Shown in pieces: positions 39,568 to 47,872 of a DNA stretch of 64,000 nt. This DNA comes from a virus: positions 96,001 to 160,000 of IMG/VR virus record IMGVR_UViG_3300039183_000005; one strand, given 5' to 3'. The notes beneath the pieces are model-generated. The model ran no database searches. It had not been told where the DNA came from and saw only the letters and a program-made list of their open reading frames with translations. The number at the start of each line of letters is the position of its first letter. The first letter of the stretch is position 1. A program made the translations under genes and the position numbers.

Positions 39568-41127
39568 TTAATTTAAACTGATTTTTCTTTCACCAATTTT
39601 TGGCGGTGCAGTTTTTGGTGGTGGATTGGCAGGCTTAGCGTGATTAGCGCACCATTGTCTAATGTTTGCTACGCGACTAGCTTCTGTTTTTGATAAAGGT
39701 ATAATTTCCGGAACAGCTTGTTTTAAGTGATAGGTTTTAAGTTGTTCCTTTTTCGAAAACGCCATTTTTAGACCAAGCTTAACAACTTGCTCAATATCGG
39801 CGCCAGTAAAGCCATCGGTTGATTTTGCCAACATATTAATGTCGAAATCATTTGGATCACGATTTCTTTTAATTAAATGTATAGTGAATATTTCTATACG
39901 CTCTTTTTCTGCTGGAAGATCAAGGCCATATATTTCGTCGAATCGGCCTTTTCTGGAAAGTTCTGGAGGAAGTGATTGAATTTGGTTTGCAGTAGCGATT
40001 ATGTATACCGAGGACTGTCTATCGTTTAACCATTTTATAAATGATCCGAATAATCTGCGAGATGCCCCGCCATCAAAGTCGCCAGAGCCACCGAAACCTT
40101 TTTCTATTTCGTCTAAAACCAATTCGCATGGAGATACGCTTTCTATCATTTTAATAGCCTCTCGCATATTTCGTTCCGATTCTCCAACGAACTTGTTCAT
40201 AAGATTGCCGACATCCATTGCAATAATTGGCAACCCTAGTTCAGATGCAATAGCGGAAGATAATAGAGTTTTTCCGCATCCCTGCAATCCGACAAGCATA
40301 AGACCCCGTGGGAATTCAATGCCGAAATCCCTAGCTTCTTTTGAAAAACATGGACGATCTAACAAAACATGCTGTTTAATTGCGTCATAACCACCAACCA
40401 AAGATAGTCCGCCACTGGGCGGTTCAATATAGGTTAATAACCCAGATGCCCGAATTACTCCAGCCTTTTCACGAATAATAGTTTTGATTGCATCACCATT
40501 TAAGTCTTTATGTTTTCTTAATGCCAATGCTACTCTATCGACAATTTGTTGAGAGGTCATACCCCTACATGCGTCTACAATTTTTGGGATAATGGTTTTG
40601 CTTGGTTCAAATTTAGTTCCATCAGATTTTGTTACTTCGCTACATACAAAATCGATTCGTTCATTAATTTGTTCATTATTTGGTAATGCGAAATCCATTT
40701 GAGTTATGTCGTGAGATAGTGATTTCGGGATATCAAAATTAGGTCCGACCATAACTATTGTTTGTTGCACAGAAGCTACAATTTTTCGAAGTTCGTCTAG
40801 CCAGCCAATTACTACGTCGTATCGTGGATATGTTACGTGTTGAAAATATTCACCACAATCACGTAGGATGCAGATTGTTTTTTCTGGAAAATCTACTATG
40901 GCTTGTATATGATCTTCTACCGGGGCGGCTGGTACTACTTCGCAAACTTTGTTGCCATTTTCGTCGATCCATCCCTGCGCAATAGACCAAATATATACTT
41001 TACGATCTATCTTTTTCGCTACTTTCGCAATTTCGCTGATGGCACGATCTTTTTCGAAAGTGTCGACATGTAACAAGGCATGACCAGAACAACAGTAATC
41101 GGCAAAATCCTCACCAAAATTATTCAT
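39568..41127 (-). CDS. Ycf46-like AAA+ ATPase (degenerate N-terminal AAA + active C-terminal AAA)
   Basis: T.E..R, W....G, LP...I, G.QGCGKT, GESE.NMR, LDEIEK, ATAN...LPPE..RKGRFDE, GFTGADIEQ, PLS...R.W. Confidence 0.88.
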   Translation of the reverse strand: MNNFGEDFADYCCSGHALLHVDTFEKDRAISEIAKVAKKIDRKVYIWSIAQGWIDENGNKVCEVVPAAPVEDHIQAIVDFPEKTICILRDCGEYFQHVTYPRYDVVIGWLDELRKIVASVQQTIVMVGPNFDIPKSLSHDITQMDFALPNNEQINERIDFVCSEVTKSDGTKFEPSKTIIPKIVDACRGMTSQQIVDRVALALRKHKDLNGDAIKTIIREKAGVIRASGLLTYIEPPSGGLSLVGGYDAIKQHVLLDRPCFSKEARDFGIEFPRGLMLVGLQGCGKTLLSSAIASELGLPIIAMDVGNLMNKFVGESERNMREAIKMIESVSPCELVLDEIEKGFGGSGDFDGGASRRLFGSFIKWLNDRQSSVYIIATANQIQSLPPELSRKGRFDEIYGLDLPAEKERIEIFTIHLIKRNRDPNDFDINMLAKSTDGFTGADIEQVVKLGLKMAFSKKEQLKTYHLKQAVPEIIPLSKTEASRVANIRQWCANHAKPANPPPKTAPPKIGERKISLN

Positions 41128-41181
41128 ATTCTTGTCCCTTTAAATCAAGCTATTTATAAAAAAAAGACACTTGGTTATGTG

Positions 41182-41394
41182 TTATTCTTCTAGCAAATTG
41201 CGCGCAGTAAACAATTCGCTTCTAGTCGCATCAGCATCAAAACGCAGATATGTTACTAGTATTGCTACATGATCCAGCAATACTTCGATTTCGTCTTTGT
41301 GCAGATGGGATTGTTTTCTAGTCATTAGGTCTGAATCAATATCGGCCCTATCTAGAATAACTCTTAGCCTGGCTGCGATCTTCTTTTTGTCCAT
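41182..41394 (-). CDS. Small coiled-coil protein, Y..FD..ATR.E family (copy 1)
   Basis: TYLRFDADATRSE; paralog of 42078..42254. Confidence 0.65.
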   Translation of the reverse strand: MDKKKIAARLRVILDRADIDSDLMTRKQSHLHKDEIEVLLDHVAILVTYLRFDADATRSELFTARNLLEE

Positions 41395-41399
41395 ACCTT

Positions 41400-41426
41400 A
41401 TTATACGTGAAACCAAGTATTTTGTT
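41400..41426 (-). promoter_or_regulatory. Putative phage promoter AACAAA-N14-GTATAAT (copy 3)
   Basis: Same motif and spacing; ATG 5 nt after the -10 box. Confidence 0.65.
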
Positions 41427-41436
41427 TCACCGAAAT

Positions 41437-41631
41437 CTAATTTTTTTCAGTATCGGTTATCGGAACTACAGCACCACTTTCGTTCCTTACTAAGTTAATT
41501 TTCTTCAACAGTCTCTTTTCTGTCTTGCAATCCGCTTCACAAAGTTGTTCCCAATGAGCGTTGCAAATGTTACGACCGATATACCTAAGCTCTGCGTAAC
41601 ATCTACATTTCGGAAACTCACATTGTTCCAT
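41437..41631 (-). CDS. Small zinc-binding hypothetical protein
   Basis: C....C...C..H. Confidence 0.5.
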   Translation of the reverse strand: MEQCEFPKCRCYAELRYIGRNICNAHWEQLCEADCKTEKRLLKKINLVRNESGAVVPITDTEKN

Positions 41632-41636
41632 ATGAA

Positions 41637-41906
41637 TTATTCTTCAACTTTATCCGTTACGACATCTGGGTCCAAGTCTGTTTTGCTAATCTCGCCGCCG
41701 TACTGAACATCTCCACAATCCGATAAGACATGCCCCATTTTTCTAAGAATACTTGCACCCCTTCTTCTATCGTTTGTATTTTTCAATTGGTTTGCAAGTG
41801 ATCCCATAATCCCTTTCTGAATAACGATAGTCGTTTCTCCTGTTTTTGTGTTGACTTCAATAATTTCGAATGCCGGATTGTTTCTATTTTTTTCATTACT
41901 AGACAT
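41637..41906 (-). CDS. Hypothetical protein
   Basis: AGGAG Shine-Dalgarno before ATG 41906. Confidence 0.55.
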   Translation of the reverse strand: MSSNEKNRNNPAFEIIEVNTKTGETTIVIQKGIMGSLANQLKNTNDRRRGASILRKMGHVLSDCGDVQYGGEISKTDLDPDVVTDKVEE

Positions 41907-41972
41907 TTTTCTTACTCCTGTTTTCCGACTGACTTTTATGGCCGATTGTACGTAATCGGCTCTACACACCAA

Positions 41973-41999
41973 ATTATACGCGAAATCACTTAGTTTGTT
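41973..41999 (-). promoter_or_regulatory. Putative phage promoter AACAAA-N14-GTATAAT (copy 4)
   Basis: Same motif and spacing; leader contains hairpin GCCGATT-ACGTAC-AATCGGC. Confidence 0.65.
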
Positions 42000-42077
42000 G
42001 CCAAATTTATTATTATGTATTTTTTAAATGTTACTTTAAAACTATTGTTATTAAAATTAAAATACTTTTATTCTGCA

Positions 42078-42254
42078 TTATTCTTGATCTTCCAATATCA
42101 TGCGAAGATGATCTCGTTCACGACGGGTAGCTTCTAAATCAAACATTACATACTTTAGTGTAAAACGTATGGATTGTAGTGTTTCAGTGTCCAGGCGACC
42201 ATCTTCTAATTTTGTTATTAATTGTTCAATTAGTGTTTCGAGTTTATTTTTCAT
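42078..42254 (-). CDS. Small coiled-coil protein, KY..FDLEATRRE family (copy 2; missed by ORF track)
   Basis: Manual translation MKNKLETLIEQLITKLEDGRLDTETLQSIRFTLKYVMFDLEATRRERDHLRMILEDQE; AAGGA SD. Confidence 0.7.
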   Translation of the reverse strand: MKNKLETLIEQLITKLEDGRLDTETLQSIRFTLKYVMFDLEATRRERDHLRMILEDQE

Positions 42255-42268
42255 TGTATTATTCCTTT

Positions 42269-42475
42269 TTAATCATATATTGATGGATATGACAAAAACA
42301 TATATGATGATAATTGTAAATGTTCTATGGCTTCTTTTATTTTATCGTAGTCGATAAATTTTTCTGTTATTGGTGATTTATTTACACAATCACATTCGCA
42401 AGACCAAGTAAATAGGGTTATTCGTCCACTTCCACCGCAATTTTTACATTTTGGGTCTGGTTTCCCGTTTGGCAT
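42269..42475 (-). CDS. Small zinc-finger protein
   Basis: CKNCGGSG...CECDC. Confidence 0.5.
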   Translation of the reverse strand: MPNGKPDPKCKNCGGSGRITLFTWSCECDCVNKSPITEKFIDYDKIKEAIEHLQLSSYMFLSYPSIYD

Positions 42476-42479
42476 TATT

Positions 42480-43241
42480 TTATTTTCCTTGTTTTTTATC
42501 TCGTTCCATACATGAAAAACAGTCCATTCCTAAATCCAGTTGTTCTGCCCTCCATTTCCAGACGTGTTTTCTTGCGTCGTAGTAGTCAATTTCGCCGAAG
42601 TGTTTCCACGGGAAATATCCCATAGGGCACAATGTTATCATACCTGTTTCTATTACCATCAATTGCCCTGTTTCTTTGCAACACCCACAGCAAACTTCGA
42701 ATTCACGACTTGATAGGTGATTATCCCATGCTCTTCCAAGCGGCAATAGCTTATTATCTGGAATATTTACTCCATAAATCAATTTAGCTTTTGGACTGTG
42801 TTCGCGATATAGTCGTTGTGCTCGTTTGCTGAATTTCTGGTGCCATTTATCATCGGATATTGCCACAAGAACTTCGTCGCAGATTTCACAAACAGAATCT
42901 ATTGATAATAGGAACTTATTCGTAGCCATTTTGTCGTAGGCCCATTGACCGTTTGTAACTATAGATGCTTTATGTCTACCAGATGTCAGAGCTATGAGAA
43001 TTTCTGGATAGTCTGGAAGTATCGTGAACTCTCCACCCATTATGTTTATTCTTATGTTTTTCGGCAACCATGTGTTTAATAATTCGCAGTCTCGGATAGA
43101 TAACTGACCTATACATTCAGGGCCAGACCTGAAACAACAATGAGAACACCGTTCGTTACACTGGTTTGTCACCCTAGCCACAAATTCATTGGTCCATGAA
43201 TTATTGCTCCACTTACTAAACCAGTGATTATACTTTGGCAT
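42480..43241 (-). CDS. Radical SAM protein with SPASM/twitch-like C-terminus
   Basis: CNERCSHC, MGGE, TNG, S.D.WH, GRA, C...G...CP. Confidence 0.88.
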   Translation of the reverse strand: MPKYNHWFSKWSNNSWTNEFVARVTNQCNERCSHCCFRSGPECIGQLSIRDCELLNTWLPKNIRINIMGGEFTILPDYPEILIALTSGRHKASIVTNGQWAYDKMATNKFLLSIDSVCEICDEVLVAISDDKWHQKFSKRAQRLYREHSPKAKLIYGVNIPDNKLLPLGRAWDNHLSSREFEVCCGCCKETGQLMVIETGMITLCPMGYFPWKHFGEIDYYDARKHVWKWRAEQLDLGMDCFSCMERDKKQGK

Positions 43242-44010
43242 GAATTTTTTCTCTCGACAACCTGATAGATTGATCATGCTCCATGCATGAGCAGCAAGTC
43301 ATCCCTCTTGTAAGTTGTTCTGATCGCCAATTTAATACATATTCCTTAGCTTCATACCATGAAGTCTCTGTGAAATGTTTCCACGGAAAATAACCAAACG
43401 GACACTTACACACCATTCCGTCTTCTGATATGAACATATTACCCATTGTGTTACATCTTGCCCATTTTTGTGGATCGGGGACAATATTATTATCCCACGC
43501 TCTTCCAACCGGAACAATCTCCGATACAGGAAGATTACCAGGATCAACTAATGTGACTTTTGGACAATTATTCTGCATAATTTCAAATGCTTTTGGCCAC
43601 GTATGTTTGTGCCATTTGTCCGTTGATATAGCGACATCAACTTCTTTACATATTTCTGTAAGAGAGTTAATGGTTTTTATGAAATTTTTTCTGATTGTGA
43701 ATATGCGAAACCATTGTCCATTTGTAACAATGCGGATATGATTTCTGTTTTTTGCCAGTACGTAAAGAATTTCTGGATAATTATGCAATATAGTTATTTC
43801 ACCACCCATTATATTCGGACTAACATCATGCGGTATCTATCTATTAATATCGATACAATCATTAGTAGATATGTGGCCAACACATTTTGGGCCAGACCGG
43901 AAAGCACAGTGAATACACTTTTGATTGCATCTGTTTGTAACTCTTACTACACAGGCATTTATTGTTGTATTTGTTGTCCATATTTTTGGATATTTTTTAT
44001 TGCTACTCAT
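43228..44010 (-). pseudogene. Radical SAM paralog with an in-frame TAG (43837-43839) at a position that is Trp in its neighbour
   Basis: Manual translation from ATG 44010: ...VRVTNRCNQKCIHCAFRSGPKCVG...INR*IPHDVSPNIMGGE; paralog reads LNTWLP. Confidence 0.8.
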
Positions 44011-44197
44011 TATTTTGTATTTTCTCCCACTGCTCTAATTCAGTAGCACTGATTGATATTTAACCACAATCATTACATTCAGCTATTTTAGCATTCCTAA
44101 TTAGAATTCGCTTGCCATTTAGGGTTATGCGATGATTGTCTACCATTTTGACAATCATATTTCCAATACCGCATGATGGACACTTAAACCTTACCAT
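44003..44197 (-). pseudogene. YgiT/MqsA-type zinc finger with an in-frame TAA (44060-44062)
   Basis: MVRFKCPSCG...ECNDCG*ISISATELEQWE; family consensus CxxCGE. Confidence 0.6.
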
Positions 44198-44411
44198 TGG
44201 TTATCTCTTTAACAATAGTATTGAGAACATCTGCTCTGTTTTGTGCGTCTGTCTTCCTTTTGTACCAACCGCCAGTACAATTTGGTCCGGTGAACCAAGT
44301 TGTTAAATTATTCATATCTCTAACTGTGTATCCATATTTTTTAGTTTGACTTTTCCATGCCATATAATGTGGTTTTGTTGGTTTCCAATTGTCACTATGC
44401 ATGTTTGTCAT
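44184..44411 (-). CDS. Hypothetical protein
   Basis: Packed ORF. Confidence 0.5.
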   Translation of the reverse strand: MTNMHSDNWKPTKPHYMAWKSQTKKYGYTVRDMNNLTTWFTGPNCTGGWYKRKTDAQNRADVLNTIVKEITNGKV

Positions 44412-44570
44412 CCTTTGGTATCTTATACATCATAGCTTTACAGACTAGCTTAAATTCCCAGTCAGATCGATAATGTCCCAGACTAATGAGAATAAATATG
44501 CCATCTATGATTTTTGCGAATGCAAAAATACATGCATCCCAGTTAGTAGTTTGGTCTTTTTTACTAAAAA

Positions 44571-45224
44571 TCATTTGGTCCCCATTTCATTGGTCAGCAA
44601 ATTTACATCGATTTCTTTATCTATTTCGCATCCACGAAGCCACTTGGCGAATTGTGCTACTCTTATGCCAGCCGATACGTTTGCGCAATAAATTGTTGTT
44701 TTTGCAGTACATGACCCAGAATAAGTTTCTCTCTGTGGGAATAGCGTTGTGTTATAGTGCTCTTTAGATTCTTCGTCGTGTGCGACGAAGATTCTCATAT
44801 ATTCTGCACTCATTCTTCCATCGATAAATAAGTCAGCTCGATTTTTGACTGCGTTAAAAATAGATTTTCGTGTTTCAATACTGTCTACACAACAAAATAA
44901 CACACCTCCGGTAAACTGGATTGACATGAATTTTTTATTTGCAGTGTTTATTTCTATCGCCGGATTAATCATGCGACAAACATCTGCCGTTGCGTCAACT
45001 TTAGCACGACCCAAATCTGCTTCGAAATATCCTTGTGCTGCCAGATTTTCTACTTTTACTATATCAAAATCAATTAATTGAATTTTGGGCACACCAATTG
45101 CCGCTAGTTGCAGTGCAACCTGACGGCCACCAGCGCCAACTCCCACCACAGTCACTTTTGTGTCTTGCAATTTTTCTGGTGGAATTAGTTCTCTCTGACG
45201 GATGTCTCTATTTTCAATATTCAC
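44571..45224 (-). CDS. ThiF/E1-like ubiquitin-like-protein activating enzyme
   Basis: R..RQ, VGVGAGG, LIDFD.V..ENL..Q, G..KV, CVDS...R, DGRM, candidate catalytic Cys in GSCTAK. Confidence 0.92.
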   Translation of the reverse strand: MNIENRDIRQRELIPPEKLQDTKVTVVGVGAGGRQVALQLAAIGVPKIQLIDFDIVKVENLAAQGYFEADLGRAKVDATADVCRMINPAIEINTANKKFMSIQFTGGVLFCCVDSIETRKSIFNAVKNRADLFIDGRMSAEYMRIFVAHDEESKEHYNTTLFPQRETYSGSCTAKTTIYCANVSAGIRVAQFAKWLRGCEIDKEIDVNLLTNEMGTK

Positions 45225-45256
45225 GCTTATTCCTCCATCATTGCCAAATCGCGTTC

Positions 45257-46144
45257 TTATAGATTTTCTTCAGCCCAAGCAACCACCATATTCGACCATT
45301 TTTGGATTGGTTTGTTTATCGCAACAATATCATTTCGATTTTCACCAAAAGCATCTTCAGAAAACCATCTTTTTTCTATTGGATCATAAAAATACCACAA
45401 GGCATCATTATATTCAAAAAATGCAGCATAGCCGTTATCATCCCAATGGCAATCAAAGTCTAATTCTTCCACCCGATTAAGTTCATCCTGTTGCCGAGCC
45501 AACTGTTCGTACTTTTTATTCCACCATAGCGGGTCATCATCAGGTTTGTCGTCTTGTACCAGACAGGAACGAGTAATTCCACCTTCTTTTCCTGTCATGC
45601 AGAATTTCTCAATCTGTACTTTATCTTTATATTCATTATTCCAGGCTTCAATGTTTGAACCATTAAATGGAACATTCCAATCTACTGCAATTTTTAGTTC
45701 TTTTACCACTCCCGGTCCAACGTTAATCTTCAATCTACAGTAGATTTCTCCACCTCTTGCAATGATGAACATTATGGCCCAATATGGATGGGAAAACGCT
45801 TTTCGGAAATTTTCTTCATCGGTTCCGCTAGGTTGAGGACAATTTCCTGGATGGGAATGTAGTAAAATATTTTGACATGTCCAGGGCGGCATTCCAATAT
45901 CCATCATTCGTTCTGCGTAATCCGCCATATCTTCTGAGTCAAAATCGAATGAAGCTCCAGTACATTTTTGTTTTATCAAAATGAAATCTGTAACTAAAAG
46001 TGGGTCTTCAGTTCCGGTTACTCCATAACCAGCTACTTCAGTTGGCCCTTTATCTCTCATATAAATTAATTTTGCAAAACTGTATGGAGTAAATCGCAAT
46101 GTATCTCCAAAAGTCATTTTTGGCGTCGTGAATTTTTTACTCAT
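45257..46144 (-). CDS. JAB/MPN (Mov34) metallopeptidase
   Basis: TEVAG (Glu) and HSHPGNCPQPSGTD = JAMM HxH-x7-S-x2-D; ATGA-coupled to the E2-like gene with AGGAG SD. Confidence 0.9.
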   Translation of the reverse strand: MSKKFTTPKMTFGDTLRFTPYSFAKLIYMRDKGPTEVAGYGVTGTEDPLLVTDFILIKQKCTGASFDFDSEDMADYAERMMDIGMPPWTCQNILLHSHPGNCPQPSGTDEENFRKAFSHPYWAIMFIIARGGEIYCRLKINVGPGVVKELKIAVDWNVPFNGSNIEAWNNEYKDKVQIEKFCMTGKEGGITRSCLVQDDKPDDDPLWWNKKYEQLARQQDELNRVEELDFDCHWDDNGYAAFFEYNDALWYFYDPIEKRWFSEDAFGENRNDIVAINKPIQKWSNMVVAWAEENL

Positions 46145-47391
46145 ACTCCTATTCCTTCTAATAGACAACCATGTTCTTCAAGACAGGATGAACACATTGG
46201 AACTCCACAGTGTTCACATGTTGTTTGACAATCTTCGCAAATACTCTTTTGACAACTATGACATTCATCAAGACACTCTTTGCAGCAATTCTCTTCACAA
46301 AGACCGCATGTAATCATACATTTTTCACATATAGGTTTATTGCAACAAGAACACGCCGATATACATGGATTGCAGAAATATTCCTGACAAATAGTGCATT
46401 GGCTTAGACACGACGAACAGTAATTTTTTTCGCATTCGGTACACATACTTGCACAGTTGTTGCAAAGTGCCTCTCCGCATTCATTACATTGTGTACCACA
46501 TTCACTACACATCCATTGGTCACACACACAACACGCATCACCATTTTCTGCACAATTTTCACAGTAGTTACAGTCACACATTGCACAATAGTACCCACAT
46601 TCATCTGGACACCATTCCCTACAATTTTCACAACAGAACTCCCCTTCGTGGTCTGGTTCATACCATTTTTCTAATTTGTCATACGGTGAATCATCATTAT
46701 ATGTTCGTAGAATAGATTCTACAACTCTAAAACAATCTTCGAGTCTACCCTGGCATATGGCATTTGTTATAGCTTCTTCTCCTTTCCCTTGACATAAAGA
46801 TTCATCTCCAATGTGTGGATGATAATATCCTCCTAATGATTGTATTTCATTTACTGACTCTATAGTTATGTTATACGGATTCGTTAGATCAATGTGTACC
46901 CAAAAGTGCCCAAGGTCTACTTCTTCATTTTCATCTTCGAGCACAACATCCTCGATAAGTACCGATAGTTTGTTGTCGCGAAATTTAACATTTTTCCAGG
47001 CGTTGCTAATTATTCTAATTTCTTCTGTTATTTCTTTTAGCGACAATGGTGTTACTAGACCTTTTTCTGTCATGATTTTAATTATTGCCATTGCTTGGCG
47101 TGTCATTTCTATAACACTATCTCCAATGTTTGGAATCATGGTTGTCGCAATATTTTCGTATACACTTGGATTTACAATTCCCAGATGTCGGACTGATGGT
47201 TCCCATTCATTAACTTGGACACGCGGACTTGTTCCAGCAATAAATCTATCGTACCATCGTTTTATTTCTTCCAATTTGATAGCAGCATTTGTTATTGCAT
47301 TACTTGCGCTCATATTGAGATTAACAGATTGTTGTTCCACCATCCATTTGTGATATTTGATAGCAGCTCTGCGTATTAGTTTTTCATTCAC
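46141..47391 (-). CDS. E2/UBC-like protein with C-terminal tandem CxxC array
   Basis: YHPHIGDESLCQG (cf. UBC HPN...IC) and SILRTYNDDSPY (cf. SLL.xPN..SP); about 20 CxxC pairs at the C-terminus. Confidence 0.72.
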   Translation of the reverse strand: MNEKLIRRAAIKYHKWMVEQQSVNLNMSASNAITNAAIKLEEIKRWYDRFIAGTSPRVQVNEWEPSVRHLGIVNPSVYENIATTMIPNIGDSVIEMTRQAMAIIKIMTEKGLVTPLSLKEITEEIRIISNAWKNVKFRDNKLSVLIEDVVLEDENEEVDLGHFWVHIDLTNPYNITIESVNEIQSLGGYYHPHIGDESLCQGKGEEAITNAICQGRLEDCFRVVESILRTYNDDSPYDKLEKWYEPDHEGEFCCENCREWCPDECGYYCAMCDCNYCENCAENGDACCVCDQWMCSECGTQCNECGEALCNNCASMCTECEKNYCSSCLSQCTICQEYFCNPCISACSCCNKPICEKCMITCGLCEENCCKECLDECHSCQKSICEDCQTTCEHCGVPMCSSCLEEHGCLLEGIGV

Positions 47392-47572
47392 AGTAAATTT
47401 TTCCTATATTTAAAACCGATTATTTTGCCAAATTAACAAATTTAGTATTCCGACTAAAATTCGACGAAAAATTTACCATTTGATTCTCGCCATATAATAC
47501 ACTTATTGTTTACGTCATATTCCTACGGTAAGGCTAACTAGCCTTACTTTTGGTCAAGTCAGGTGGATTGTT

Positions 47573-47767
47573 TTATTCATCTGATCTTGCTAGACATTCA
47601 GCCAGTCCTCCGACATAATCTTCTAGGTGAAGTAACACTTCACTATATCCAAATGCGTGACCTTTTTCCCAAGCCATATACGATAGCCAGCCACGAAATT
47701 TTTTGGGAATTCGATTTAGAAGTTCGGTTTGCTTGGCCTCGAACTCTTCTTCAGTTATTCTGCTCAT
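47573..47767 (-). CDS. Hypothetical protein
   Basis: AWEKGHAFGYSEV small phage protein. Confidence 0.55.
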   Translation of the reverse strand: MSRITEEEFEAKQTELLNRIPKKFRGWLSYMAWEKGHAFGYSEVLLHLEDYVGGLAECLARSDE

Positions 47768-47803
47768 TGTGTTTGCCTATAATTTGATACGTGATTATTA
47801 ACC

Positions 47804-47837
47804 AAAAGGGGGTGGGGGAACGTATCTCCCCCACCCC
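47804..47837 (-). terminator. Rho-independent terminator downstream of the Ubl gene
   Basis: Minus strand GGGGTGGGGGAGA-TACG-TTCCCCCACCCC-CTTTT. Confidence 0.8.
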
Positions 47838-47872
47838 GTGTGGTATTAATACCGATGACCTTACACCATCTA

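Noticed and set aside
37697-44197. Genome-wide stop-codon reassignment
   Set aside because: The interrupting stops are mixed (one TAG, two TAA), long core genes have no internal stops, dnaB and thyX end in TAG, and no suppressor tRNA is seen in the window
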